From Candidatus Methylomirabilota bacterium (lineage in GTDB: Bacteria; Methylomirabilota; Methylomirabilia; Rokubacteriales; CSP1-6), in contig JBKPAK010000024.1 of NCBI GenBank assembly GCA_046726415.1, forward strand, positions 23,605-87,604: a stretch of 64,000 bases of DNA, read 5' to 3'. The notes beneath the pieces were generated by a model. That model saw only the letters and a program-made list of their open reading frames with translations. It was not told where the DNA came from and ran no database searches. Position numbers and translations under genes: made by a program. Below are positions 18,823 to 28,221 of the stretch, in pieces (position 1 is the stretch's first letter; each line of letters starts with the position of its first letter).

Positions 18823-19716
18823 TCACGCCGCCCGCAGGGCGAGGCGGCTCAACAAGACTTCCACGGTGAGCCGTGGCGACACATTGGTTTCCAGCGCGAG
18901 CCGCGCGGCCCGACAACCGCCCAGCTCGCCGAGCAGCTCGTCCATGGACCAGCGGGTAGATTCTCGAGCGATCTCTGCGGCCGTCCCGCCGTTCACGAGC
19001 AAGGATTCCGGAGCGCCGCTGCCCGCCAGGAGCAGGTCGCGGCAGAGCAACCAGTAGGCGTCGATGAGGCGCTCAGCGGCATCCCGGTCGATGGACTGGA
19101 GCTTCCCGAGCAGCGCATCAGCACCTTGGGCGCGGACCTCAGCGAAGAGAGCAAGCGCGTCGGCCCGCGCGGCCTCGGCCTGTGAATCGGGGCGGGGCGC
19201 AAAGCGCACGATCTGGCAGCGCGACAGCACAGTCGCCGGAAGGGCGCGGACGCTTCGGAGGACGAGGATGATCACCGTCCGGTCGGGCGGCTCCTCGAGC
19301 GTCTTGAGGAACGCGTGCGGCGTGTCGTCCGTCATGCGATCGGCGTCGTCCACGATGAAGATCTTGCGCGCGGCCATGGCCGGTCGCAGCCCCGCCTGGC
19401 GCTCCAGAGCCCGGATGTCGCCGATGCGGATGGCCCTCGGCCCCTTCGGGTTGCGCTCCGGCGGCGTGGGCGCGATCACGTGCAGGTCCGGATGCTGGCG
19501 GCGGCCGACCAGGGCGCACGCTCGGCAGCAACCGCATCCGCCCTCCGCAGAGGGGCGCTCGCACAGCAGTGCCTTGGCAAAGATCAGCGCCGCGGTGCTC
19601 CGTCCGGAACGGGGCGGGCCCAAGAACGCGTAAGCGTGGGCCACGCGCCCGCCCACGAGGGCCCGGCTCAGAATCGCCGCCACGCGGGGTTGACCGTCGA
19701 GGGCGCTAAACGGCAC
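18823..19716 (-). CDS. holB: DNA polymerase III subunit delta'
   Basis: AHAYAFLGP, Zn CERP..CGCCRAC, HPD, LKTLEEPP, TVLSRC. Confidence 0.9.
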   Translation of the reverse strand: MPFSALDGQPRVAAILSRALVGGRVAHAYAFLGPPRSGRSTAALIFAKALLCERPSAEGGCGCCRACALVGRRQHPDLHVIAPTPPERNPKGPRAIRIGDIRALERQAGLRPAMAARKIFIVDDADRMTDDTPHAFLKTLEEPPDRTVIILVLRSVRALPATVLSRCQIVRFAPRPDSQAEAARADALALFAEVRAQGADALLGKLQSIDRDAAERLIDAYWLLCRDLLLAGSGAPESLLVNGGTAAEIARESTRWSMDELLGELGGCRAARLALETNVSPRLTVEVLLSRLALRAA

Positions 19717-20326
19717 GGAGGAACTCCTCGACCACCCCGATCACCTGCGCCGTCACCGCTTCCGGCGCCCGCGCGGCCTGGATCAGCCGAACCCGCTTTG
19801 GCTCCGACCGCATGATCTCGAGGTAGCCTCGGCGCACGCGGCGGTGGAACGCGAGGGCCTGCCGCTCGAAGTGATCGAGTTTCCGCCCCCGAATGCGGCG
19901 AAAACCCGACTCCGGCGAGATATCGAAGAGCAGGGTGAGGTCGGGAAGCACTCCGCCGGTGGCGCGCACGTTCAACTCGCGGATCCAGTCGCGATCGACT
20001 CCGAACCCGTATCCTTGATAGGCGATGGTGGCATCGGTATAGCGATCGCACAACACGATCCGCCCGCGCCGGAGCCACGGCTCGATATTGTCGGCGACCT
20101 GCTGCCGGCGGGCGGCGAGCAGGAGGAAGACCTGCGTCAGTGGCTGCGGATCGATGTCGGTCCGCCCGAAGAGGCGCCGGACGGCGAGACCCACCGCCGT
20201 GCCACCCGGCTCCGCCGTCCGCTCCACTCGGTAGCCCTGAACCTTGAGCCAGTGCTCAAGCCGGGGCATCTGGGTCGACTTGCCCGACCCCTCGACCCCC
20301 TCGAACGTGATGAGCACTCCCCGCAC
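19706..20326 (-). CDS. tmk: Thymidylate kinase
   Basis: ITFEGVEGSGKSTQ, EPGGT, CDRY, AYQG. Confidence 0.95.
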   Translation of the reverse strand: MRGVLITFEGVEGSGKSTQMPRLEHWLKVQGYRVERTAEPGGTAVGLAVRRLFGRTDIDPQPLTQVFLLLAARRQQVADNIEPWLRRGRIVLCDRYTDATIAYQGYGFGVDRDWIRELNVRATGGVLPDLTLLFDISPESGFRRIRGRKLDHFERQALAFHRRVRRGYLEIMRSEPKRVRLIQAARAPEAVTAQVIGVVEEFLRAV

Positions 20327-20444
20327 TCGCGAGACCCCCTGGCGTCGCAGTGTGTCACTCTAGCATGCCCTAACCGCAATCGACACGCCGCCCCAGCGGA
20401 TTCGGATGCGGGCTCGCTCCGTCTCATGGCGGGCCAAGGCGGGC

Positions 20445-20467
20445 TTGGAGGGTCTCTCGCCCTCCAA
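20445..20467. other. Perfect 8-bp hairpin just after the acuC stop
   Basis: TTGGAGGG-N7-CCCTCCAA; no U-tract. Confidence 0.45.
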
Positions 20468-20481
20468 CTTCAAGGGCCTGG

Positions 20482-21615
20482 CTACAGCCGGTGAGTCGGG
20501 AAGATCAGGCGGCGGACGGCTTCGACCTGCCGGTCAGCGTAAGCTCGCACCGGCTCCTCGAGGTGCGCGGGGATCGGGGCGGGAGGGTCCCACAGATCGC
20601 GCGAGGGAAAGCCGAACCGCTCGAGATCCGGGTCGAAGGCCGCGGGCATTTCCGACTTCAGCTCGAGGTCGTTCATGATCGCCCACGCCACCGTCCACGC
20701 CCGCGCCACGTTGCGCAGGTCGTAGCCACCGCCTCCCAGCGCCACGAGCCGCGGGGCCAGGCCGACCACGCGGCGGACGGCCGCCGCGAAGCCCTGCACG
20801 TCGAGGGCGAGGTGGGTGAGGGGATCGGTCCGGTGGGCGTCGATGCCGAGCTGCAGCACGACCGCGTCCGGCCGGAACGTCTCCAGCAGAGGCGGCACCA
20901 CCGCCTCGAACGCCGGCAGATACGTGTCGCGATCGGTGAACGCTTCAAGCGGAAGGTTGACGGAGTAGCCCGTGCCCTTGCCCTCTCCCACCTCCTCGAC
21001 GAACCCCGTACCGGGAAAGAGACGATCACCGCGCTCGTGCGTCGAGATGGTGAGCACGCTGGCATCCGCGTAGAACGCTTGCTGCACGCCGTCGCCGTGA
21101 TGGGCGTCGATGTCCACGTAGGCCACGCGCATGCCGTGGGCCCGCAGGCGCAGGATGGCCAGCACGGCGTCGTTGACGTAGCAGAAGCCCGACGCCCGGG
21201 CCGGCATGGCGTGATGCAGGCCGCCTGCGAAGTGGAATGCGCGGTCGACGACACCACGGGCCACGAGATCGGCGGCGTCCAATGACCCACCTGCGGCCAG
21301 TCGAGCCACCTGCCACAGGCCGGCAAAGACGGGATTGTCGCCGGGGCCGAGGCCGAACAGGGCCGCGCGCGATGGTGCCTGGCCGCTGTCGGCCGCCTTG
21401 AGGACTTCCAGGTAGGCGCGGCTGTGGAACTCCTCCATCCGAGCCTCATCGGCCGCCTCCGGCTCGCGCACGATCGCACCGGGCAAGGTGGTCAGGCCGT
21501 AGGCCTGCATCAGACGCCAGGTGAGGCCCAGCCGCTCCATGCGCAACGGGTGCTCGGGGCCGTAGTCGAAGCGCGTGTAGTCGTCGGAGTAGAGAAGCGC
21601 GGTCTTGGTGGTCAC
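20482..21615 (-). CDS. acuC: AcuC/class I histone-deacetylase-family protein
   Basis: [49 protein letters not shown]. Confidence 0.9.
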   Translation of the reverse strand: MTTKTALLYSDDYTRFDYGPEHPLRMERLGLTWRLMQAYGLTTLPGAIVREPEAADEARMEEFHSRAYLEVLKAADSGQAPSRAALFGLGPGDNPVFAGLWQVARLAAGGSLDAADLVARGVVDRAFHFAGGLHHAMPARASGFCYVNDAVLAILRLRAHGMRVAYVDIDAHHGDGVQQAFYADASVLTISTHERGDRLFPGTGFVEEVGEGKGTGYSVNLPLEAFTDRDTYLPAFEAVVPPLLETFRPDAVVLQLGIDAHRTDPLTHLALDVQGFAAAVRRVVGLAPRLVALGGGGYDLRNVARAWTVAWAIMNDLELKSEMPAAFDPDLERFGFPSRDLWDPPAPIPAHLEEPVRAYADRQVEAVRRLIFPTHRL

Positions 21616-22115
21616 GTGCGCGTCCAATATCCGGACTTGCCGCCGGATTTCTCGAGGAGCTGGATCTCGCCGATGGTGACGCCGCGCTCCACCGCCTTGA
21701 TCATGTCGTACACGGTCAGCGCGGCCACGCTCACTGCGGTGAGGGCTTCCATCTCGACGCCGGTCTTGTCGACCGTCCGCACATGGGCCTCGATGATCAA
21801 CTCTCCCCGGTGCGGCTCTTCGTGGAATGCCACGTCCACCCCCGTGATTCGGAGTGGATGGCACATGGGAATGAGATCCGGCGTTCGCTTCGCCGCGAGA
21901 ATGCCGGCCGTGCGCGCGACCCCCAGAACGTCGCCTTTGGGAGCGTTCCCCTCGCGGATGGTGGTGAGCGTGGCCGGCGCCATGCGGAGGACCGCGCGCG
22001 CCACGGCTTCGCGCGCGGTCTCCGGCTTGCTGGAAACGTCCACCATGCGGGCATCGCCTTCCGGCGTGAGGTGAGTCAGGCCGCGGAAGGAATCGTGGGG
22101 ACGGCTCCGCGGCAT
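21612..22115 (-). CDS. moaC: Cyclic pyranopterin monophosphate synthase
   Basis: LTHL...[40 protein letters not shown]. Confidence 0.96.
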   Translation of the reverse strand: MPRSRPHDSFRGLTHLTPEGDARMVDVSSKPETAREAVARAVLRMAPATLTTIREGNAPKGDVLGVARTAGILAAKRTPDLIPMCHPLRITGVDVAFHEEPHRGELIIEAHVRTVDKTGVEMEALTAVSVAALTVYDMIKAVERGVTIGEIQLLEKSGGKSGYWTRT

Positions 22116-22137
22116 GAGCGCATCTAGGCGTGGGCCG

Positions 22138-22365
22138 TCAGGCGCCGACGCCGGCGCGGGTCTGCCGCGCAATGGCCTCCATCCGGTCCTTGGCCATCAG
22201 CTTCAATTTCTTCAACTCGCTGATTCTCCAGTGCTGGTCCGCCGAGAGCGAGGGGACGGCCTTCAGTGTCTCGAGTTCGTGTTCGTAACCTTGGTGCTCG
22301 GCGCGAAGGCGGCGGAACTCCTCGTTCTCGGCCATGAGTCGCGCGGTGAGGTCGTCCTGAGTCAT
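22138..22365 (-). CDS. DUF465/YdcH-family small coiled-coil protein
   Basis: [11 protein letters not shown]...[21 protein letters not shown]. Confidence 0.85.
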   Translation of the reverse strand: MTQDDLTARLMAENEEFRRLRAEHQGYEHELETLKAVPSLSADQHWRISELKKLKLMAKDRMEAIARQTRAGVGA

Positions 22366-22524
22366 GCATTCGCCTCCCCTGGAAACACGGAAAGCCAGCA
22401 CCGTGAGAGGTCGCTGGCCTTTCGGACTGCTCTGTCCACCTGGAGCCCCGTTCATGCGCTCCCGAGTTACGAGGGATCGGCACCGGGTGAGTTCCTTATA
22501 CGCCCCGGCGCGCGCGAGTGTCAA
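22366..22524 (-). promoter_or_regulatory. Sigma70 promoter plus ~120-nt structured leader with a terminator-like hairpin
   Basis: TTGACA-18-TATAAG; leader ends in hairpin GAAAGGCCAGC...GCTGGCTTTC followed by CGTGTTTCC before the SD. Confidence 0.55.
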
Positions 22525-22534
22525 GCGAAGCTCA

Positions 22535-23629
22535 TCAGATGAGCAGATGTGGCGCGCTCGCGGGGAAGACGGCAACGATCCGTTCGCCGGGAACGAGCCC
22601 CAGCTCCTCGGCTGAACGAGGCGTGACGGCGGCCACCAGTGGAAACCCGCAATCCATGACCACGTGGACGGCGGCGCCAGCGCGGTTGACCCGGGTCACT
22701 GCCCCGGCCAGGCGGTTGCAGTCGCGGCCCGGTGTCCACGCCACGTCGAATCGGCCGACGGCGACGTCCTCGGGACGCAGGCATACACGCACCCGCTCCC
22801 CGGGCTTCACGTCCCCCACGACCTTCAGTCGCCGTCCGGCCACCTCGATGAGCGCGACCTCGCCGTCCCCACTGACCACGAGACCGGGCGCAATCGTCTC
22901 GACGCCGACGAAGCGGGCCACCTCCTCGGACGCCGGCGCGTTGAACACGCGGGCGACACGGTCGACCTGCTGGAGGCTCCCGCGCAGGACGACGGCCACG
23001 CGATCGGCCAGCGCCTGAGCCTCATCGCGGTCGTGGGTCACCAGGACAGTGGCCACTCGCTCCTCGCGCAGGATGGCGTGGAGGTCGCTGATGAGCGCCG
23101 CCCGCGAGGGCGGATCGAGCGCGGCAAACGGCTCGTCGAGCAGCAGGAGCTCAGGCTCCAGCGCGAGCGCGCGGGCCAGCGCGACGCGTTGCGCCTCTCC
23201 GCCGGACAGGGAGTGCGCCCGACGAGCGTGAAGATGGGCGACGCCAAGGCGCTCGAGCCAGCGGCGCGCGCGCGCGCGCGCCACCGCGCTCGGAATGCCC
23301 CGGAAGCGAAGCCCGAGGACGGCATTCGCCATCACGCTCGTGTCCGCGAGCAACGGCTGCTGGAACACCATGGCCTGCCGGCGCCGGACCGCCAGGGCCT
23401 GATCGGCGCGCACCGCGCGTCCCCGGAACAACACCTCTCCCGCGGAGGGCACCTGGAGCAGGCCGAGGACCCGCAACAGCGTGGATTTGCCGCTGCCGTT
23501 GGGTCCGATGACGGCCAAGGTCTCGGCCTCGGCGACATCGAGCGCCACAACGGCCAGCACCTCGACCGCGCCATACCGGACCGACACCTCGCACAGGGAC
23601 GCGACGGGGACGTGGGTGGTCGCTCTCAT
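22535..23629 (-). CDS. ABC ATPase with TOBE domain (TupC/WtpC-like)
   Basis: GPNGSGKST, LSGGEAQR, LLLDEP, C-terminal AAVTPRSAEELGL TOBE. Confidence 0.85.
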   Translation of the reverse strand: MRATTHVPVASLCEVSVRYGAVEVLAVVALDVAEAETLAVIGPNGSGKSTLLRVLGLLQVPSAGEVLFRGRAVRADQALAVRRRQAMVFQQPLLADTSVMANAVLGLRFRGIPSAVARARARRWLERLGVAHLHARRAHSLSGGEAQRVALARALALEPELLLLDEPFAALDPPSRAALISDLHAILREERVATVLVTHDRDEAQALADRVAVVLRGSLQQVDRVARVFNAPASEEVARFVGVETIAPGLVVSGDGEVALIEVAGRRLKVVGDVKPGERVRVCLRPEDVAVGRFDVAWTPGRDCNRLAGAVTRVNRAGAAVHVVMDCGFPLVAAVTPRSAEELGLVPGERIVAVFPASAPHLLI

Positions 23630-24765
23630 GACGGCAGCACGTGGATGGCACCGCGGTGGAGGGAGAACTCCCAGTGACGGTCGGCCTTGATGTCGAGGAT
23701 CTCGTACACGAGGCTCGGGACCTCGACCTCGAGGTCGTGGTCGCCCTGGGCGGGCGGGCCCGGCTCGTCGAGCCGCACCCGCAGGGCCCATGTGGTGCCC
23801 TGGTCGGTGTCTCCCACCACCCGTCCCCGCATCATGTTCATGTGGTGCGCCACGTCGGGGGCCAGGCGATCTTTCCGAATCAGGCGCACGTACTCCGGCC
23901 GAATGAAGAATGCGAGCGGGCTCCCGGCGGGCGGCAGGTAGGCATGGGTGGGCGAATTGACGGCTTCCAGCAGCTGTCCACGCCACGCGAACTGGATGCG
24001 GTCGGGTGACGCCTTCACCACCGTGCCGTGCAGCAGGTTGCGGATGCCGATCAGCCGCGCCACCCGCCCCGAGTTCGGCTGCCAGAGAAACTCCGTCTTC
24101 GAGGAGGCCTGGATGACGCGGCCCTGGTCGTAGACGATCACGCGGTCGGCGAGCTGGTAAGCCTCCGAGAGGTCGTGGGTGACGATCACCGCCGGCGTGT
24201 CCCAGTCGCGCAGCGTTCGCTCGAGATCGTCGCGAAGCTGGCGCCGGAGGGGCGCGTCGAGCGCCGAGAGCGGCTCGTCGAGCAGGAGCAGATCAGGGTC
24301 GACGGCGAGCGCCCGCCCCAGGGCAACGCGTTGCTGCTGGCCGCCCGACAGCTCTCGCGGCGCGCGACGCTCCAGGCCCGACAGGCCGAGTCGCTCGATC
24401 ACGTCCGCCGTCCGGCGCGCCCGCATGGCCCGCGGGCGATCCCGCAGACCGAAGGCTACGTTGTCCCACACACTCAGGTGGGGAAAGAGAGCGTATCCCT
24501 GGAACACGTAGCCGATGCGCCGCCGTTGGGGCGGCAGGTCGATGCCCGCGGTGGAGTCGAAGAAGATATGGCCGTTAACGGTGATCCGCCCCGAATCCGG
24601 ACGCTCGAGCCCGGCCAGGCATCGGAGGGTCAGACTCTTGCCCGCCCCCGAGGGCCCGAAGAGCACAGCCACTCCTCCGCCCGCCGTCCAGGACACGTCC
24701 AGCGTGAAGGCGGCCAGGTGCTTGACGAGCGAGAGCTCGACGCAACTCGAAGCGGTGGGCGCCAC
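23626..24765 (-). CDS. modC: Molybdate-type ABC ATPase (ModC-like)
   Basis: FTLDVSW, LFGPSGAGKS, IDLPPQRRRIGYVFQ, LSGGQQQR. Confidence 0.8.
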   Translation of the reverse strand: MAPTASSCVELSLVKHLAAFTLDVSWTAGGGVAVLFGPSGAGKSLTLRCLAGLERPDSGRITVNGHIFFDSTAGIDLPPQRRRIGYVFQGYALFPHLSVWDNVAFGLRDRPRAMRARRTADVIERLGLSGLERRAPRELSGGQQQRVALGRALAVDPDLLLLDEPLSALDAPLRRQLRDDLERTLRDWDTPAVIVTHDLSEAYQLADRVIVYDQGRVIQASSKTEFLWQPNSGRVARLIGIRNLLHGTVVKASPDRIQFAWRGQLLEAVNSPTHAYLPPAGSPLAFFIRPEYVRLIRKDRLAPDVAHHMNMMRGRVVGDTDQGTTWALRVRLDEPGPPAQGDHDLEVEVPSLVYEILDIKADRHWEFSLHRGAIHVLPS

Positions 24766-24806
24766 GGTCCCCTACTATGCCACTGCCCGCTCGCGAGACA
24801 ACGGGC

Positions 24807-25502
24807 TCAGCGGGCTCCGCGCTGCTGGATGGTCGTGAGGGCCCAGTTCACGAGGTAGACGAGCACGAGCAGGAGGACGGCCAGCGCGATGGCCACGTCG
24901 AAGTTGCCCTTGCTCGTCTCGAGGACCATGGCGGTAGTGAGCGTCCGGGTGTGTCCCTTGATGTTGCCGCCGACCATCATCGAGGCGCCGATCTCGGAGA
25001 TGATCCCGCCGAATCCGGCCATAACCGCGGCCAGCATCGGCAGGCGCGCTTCCCGCAGCACGACCCACACCACCTGCACGCGTGAGGCACCCAGCCCCAG
25101 GAGCTGGAGGCGAAAGGTCTCGGGGACGCTCTGGACTGCGGCCAGAGTAATGCCTGTCACGATGGGACTGGCGATGATGGCCTGCGCGAGCACGATGGCC
25201 GCCGGGGTGTACAGGATCTCGAGCCCGCCCAGCGGGCCGCTGCGCCAGAGGAATAGGGTCACGAAGAGGCCGACCACGACGGGCGGGAGACCCATGCCGG
25301 TGTTCACCGCGGCGACCACCAACCGACGGCCGGGGAAGCGCAACAGGGCGAGCGCAGAGCCGGCAGGAACGCCCACGAGCAGCGAGACGATCGTGCCCAG
25401 GCTGGATACCTGAAGCGACAACCACAGGACCGACCAGATCTCCGGGTCGCCATCGACGAGCAGGCGCACCGCCTTCCGGAGACCCTCGAAAAGCAGGTCC
25501 AC
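24807..25502 (-). CDS. tupB: Tungstate ABC transporter permease
   Basis: MGLPPVVVGL, GPLG, SEIGASMMVGGNIKG.TRTLTTA. Confidence 0.88.
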   Translation of the reverse strand: MDLLFEGLRKAVRLLVDGDPEIWSVLWLSLQVSSLGTIVSLLVGVPAGSALALLRFPGRRLVVAAVNTGMGLPPVVVGLFVTLFLWRSGPLGGLEILYTPAAIVLAQAIIASPIVTGITLAAVQSVPETFRLQLLGLGASRVQVVWVVLREARLPMLAAVMAGFGGIISEIGASMMVGGNIKGHTRTLTTAMVLETSKGNFDVAIALAVLLLVLVYLVNWALTTIQQRGAR

Positions 25503-25505
25503 CGC

Positions 25506-26381
25506 CTACAGCTCCTCCTCCTTCCTGCCGGCGATGGGAACGAAGAGCGGCTGGCCGTACTTGTCGACCCCGAAGGTCTTGATGAGCTGCTGGACCAAGG
25601 GCGAGACCATGAAGTCGGCGAAGGCCTTCCCGCCCATCGCGTTGACGCGCGGGCCGTTCGCCGGATTCACCTCCATGACGGAATAGACGTTCAGCAAGGA
25701 CCGGTCGCCCTCGACCATGATCTTGAGGGCCACGCGCTTGCTGAAGGCCAGCAAGGTTCCGCGATCGGTGAGGGTGTAGGCCTTGCGGTCGTCGGCGAGA
25801 CCGAGGGTGGCCCCCATGCCCTGCCCCGACTCGATGTACCACGGCGGCCCCGGCGCAATCTCCGCTTCCTTCCACAGCTTCAGCTCGAGGGTATGGGTGC
25901 CGGACTTGTCACCGCGGGAGACGAACCGGGAGCCGGCGGCAGCGATCCGCTTCAGCGCCTCCACGGCGCTATTGTCGCCGCGAATGCGCGCGGGATCGTC
26001 CTCGGGGCCGACCATGACGAAGTCGTTGTACATGACGAGCAGGCGGTTCTGCAGTTTGCCCTCCGCCACGTACTTCTTCTCGACGGCGGGGGCATGGGCC
26101 AAGGTCACGTCGCTCTCGCCCCGGGCCGCCAGGGCAAGGGCCTGGCCGGTGCCGACGGAGATGGTCTTGACCGTGTGGCCCGTCTGGCGCTCGAACATGG
26201 GCACGAGAACGTCGAGCAGACCCGAGTCCTGGGTGCTGGTGGTCGTCGACAGGATGACCGTGCGGGAGGCCGGAGCCTGAGCGCGCGCACTGACCGCGCC
26301 CACAGGGGCCATGAGCAGGGCCACCCCGAGCGCCAGGCCGCCCCGTGACCTGCGCCAGCCGACCGATCCACGCGTCATCAT
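25506..26381 (-). CDS. tupA: Tungstate-binding periplasmic protein
   Basis: STTTSTQDSGLL (TupA TTTS signature), GTGQAL, HAP, MYNDF, SRGDKSGTH, LTDRGT. Confidence 0.9.
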   Translation of the reverse strand: MMTRGSVGWRRSRGGLALGVALLMAPVGAVSARAQAPASRTVILSTTTSTQDSGLLDVLVPMFERQTGHTVKTISVGTGQALALAARGESDVTLAHAPAVEKKYVAEGKLQNRLLVMYNDFVMVGPEDDPARIRGDNSAVEALKRIAAAGSRFVSRGDKSGTHTLELKLWKEAEIAPGPPWYIESGQGMGATLGLADDRKAYTLTDRGTLLAFSKRVALKIMVEGDRSLLNVYSVMEVNPANGPRVNAMGGKAFADFMVSPLVQQLIKTFGVDKYGQPLFVPIAGRKEEEL

Positions 26382-26398
26382 CGCCTCCTGGGATGGGT

Positions 26399-26428
26399 GT
26401 TATATGCTGCCGCCAGCATATTAAGCAA
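26399..26428 (-). promoter_or_regulatory. tupA promoter containing a palindromic operator
   Basis: TTGCTT-18-TATAAC with ATATGCTG-N4-CAGCATAT (26402-26421) over the spacer and -10. Confidence 0.6.
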
Positions 26429-26544
26429 GCGGTCGGCGGAGGTCCAGACGGAAACCTGAGGGCGGTGTTTTCGCGCGGCTCGGAGTTGTGCGGACGTGAT
26501 CCGGGAGCGGCCAGGCGGCCGCCCCGTCCGGCACGGCACCTAAT

Positions 26545-27003
26545 TCATCGTTCGGGCTTCACCTTCTCGAACAGCGGCGCGTATGTCCCGTAGCCGGCCT
26601 CCTGCAGCTTCGCGGCCGGAATGAACCGGAGCGCTGCCGAGTTGATGCAGTAGCGGAGACCGGTGGTGCCGGGGCCGTCGGGAAACACGTGGCCAAGATG
26701 GGTGTCGCCTTGCGCGGAACGCACCTCGATGCGGAGCATCCCGTGGGAAGTGTCGGTGTGCTGTGTCACATTCTCGGCCTCGAGCGGCCGAGTGAAGCTC
26801 GGCCAGCCCGTGCCGGAATCGAACTTGTCGAGGGACGAAAACAAGGGCTCACCGGACACGATGTCGACATAGATGCCCGGCTCGTGATGGTTCCAGAACT
26901 CGTTTCGGAAGGGCGGTTCGGTGGCGCTGCACTGGGTGACGTCGTACTGGATGGGGTTGAGCTTCGCCTTCATCTCCGCGTCGGTCGGTCTCTTGTCGGT
27001 CAC
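26545..27003 (-). CDS. msrB: Peptide-methionine (R)-S-oxide reductase (Zn-free type)
   Basis: [32 protein letters not shown]. Confidence 0.95.
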   Translation of the reverse strand: MTDKRPTDAEMKAKLNPIQYDVTQCSATEPPFRNEFWNHHEPGIYVDIVSGEPLFSSLDKFDSGTGWPSFTRPLEAENVTQHTDTSHGMLRIEVRSAQGDTHLGHVFPDGPGTTGLRYCINSAALRFIPAAKLQEAGYGTYAPLFEKVKPER

Positions 27004-27108
27004 GATCCCGTTCTCCCATGGCGTCGGTGGAAGACCTTCTCCGTGGCGATAGGCAGAGTATACGTGCCGCCGCGCGGTTCGAGCGTACTCCGGCCACGCG
27101 GCGGGCCC

Positions 27109-27564
27109 TCACTCGCCCCCCGGCCTGCGCGATCGATCTCCACGCCCACGCGGTCCACTCGCCCCTTGCGGCGTCGTGCCTCTGGACTGCGGTCCCGACT
27201 CGGTGACCTGGCGCCCACGGGCCTTGGGCGGATCCCCTTCGAACGCGCGGGCGAACCGACGCTCAGCCATCGCCTCCAGGCTGCGCTGGAACTTCCAGTA
27301 GCCGGCGAGAAAGGCCTTCCCGCGGGGAGTCAGGCGCATGCCGCTCCGCGGATGACCTGACGGCGCACGCTCCAGGAATCTGAAGCCCGCGGCCCTTTCG
27401 AGCTCTTGCAGGTAGCCCCAGGCATTCCGGTACGACATGTCGAGCTCGGCGGCGGCTTGGCGGAGCGATCCCCGCTCATCGATGAGTTCGAGGAGCCGGG
27501 CCCGTCCATCGCCGAACTTGAGGTCCCTCCCGAACATCACCCAGACCCTGAGCTTGGGCCTCAT
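27109..27564 (-). CDS. ModE-type winged-HTH regulator (DNA-binding domain only)
   Basis: FGDGRARLLELIDERGSLRQAAAELDMSYRNAW. Confidence 0.88.
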   Translation of the reverse strand: MRPKLRVWVMFGRDLKFGDGRARLLELIDERGSLRQAAAELDMSYRNAWGYLQELERAAGFRFLERAPSGHPRSGMRLTPRGKAFLAGYWKFQRSLEAMAERRFARAFEGDPPKARGRQVTESGPQSRGTTPQGASGPRGRGDRSRRPGGE

Positions 27565-27653
27565 GAGAGGAAAATCTACTACGAAGCGTCAGGCGAGGCG
27601 CCACCGCCTAGTCACCGACACGGCACGTGGTAACGTCCGTCGGCGGAGCACGG

Positions 27654-27863
27654 CTACTCCTTGGCCACCATCACGTCGGAGGCCTTGATGACGGCCCACG
27701 CCGCATCGCCAACCGTCAACCGGAGGTCGTCCACCGCCTCGTTTGTGATGGAGGCGACCACGGCGAGGCCATGGCCGAGATCGATTCTGACATGGGCCGT
27801 GGTCGCGCCTTTCCGCACCTCGACGATGCGGCCCTTGAGTTGATTGCGCGCGCTGAGCTTCAT
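27654..27863 (-). CDS. Molbindin (Mop/TOBE) molybdate/tungstate-binding protein
   Basis: MKLSARNQLKG...ASIT...AVIKASDVM; SD GGAGGA. Confidence 0.93.
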   Translation of the reverse strand: MKLSARNQLKGRIVEVRKGATTAHVRIDLGHGLAVVASITNEAVDDLRLTVGDAAWAVIKASDVMVAKE

Positions 27864-28221
27864 GGGACGTCCTCCTCGGTGCAGCTCCTCCAGGTGTCCG
27901 GACCAGCAATTGTCGCGGGTTCGCCGGTGCATGTGCACGTCGGCATCGTGCGGCGTGAAGATCCAGAAAGCACGCCTTGACGTGAGGGTCAGTCTCGATC
28001 GTCACGGCTCCGACGACGATGCGAGGGACGACGGGCACACCATCGACAACCGAGACTTCGCCGGTCAGGCCTTCTCGCGGACCGACGGCGTAGAGGTGTG
28101 GGAGCGACCGCAGCTGGCCCAGCGCGATCCGCCCCTGGATGTCGCCGTGCAGCACGTCGCGCTGCGCTCCGACCCAGCGCACGAGGGCTCGCGAAGCCAC
28201 GGAGGAGCGCCGCAGTCTCAC
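27864..28221 (-). pseudogene. Acetolactate-decarboxylase-like remnant (internal deletion plus frameshift)
   Basis: N part HLYAVGPREGLTGEVSVVDG; after a frame change near 27965, IFTPHDADVHMH...SGHLEEL (HxH...GH Zn ligands). Confidence 0.6.

Noticed and set aside
22371-22400. GCCTCCC...GGAAA resembling the 3' end of a Moco riboswitch
   Set aside because: It is on the non-transcribed strand, is simply the complement of the SD, and the other Moco elements are missing.
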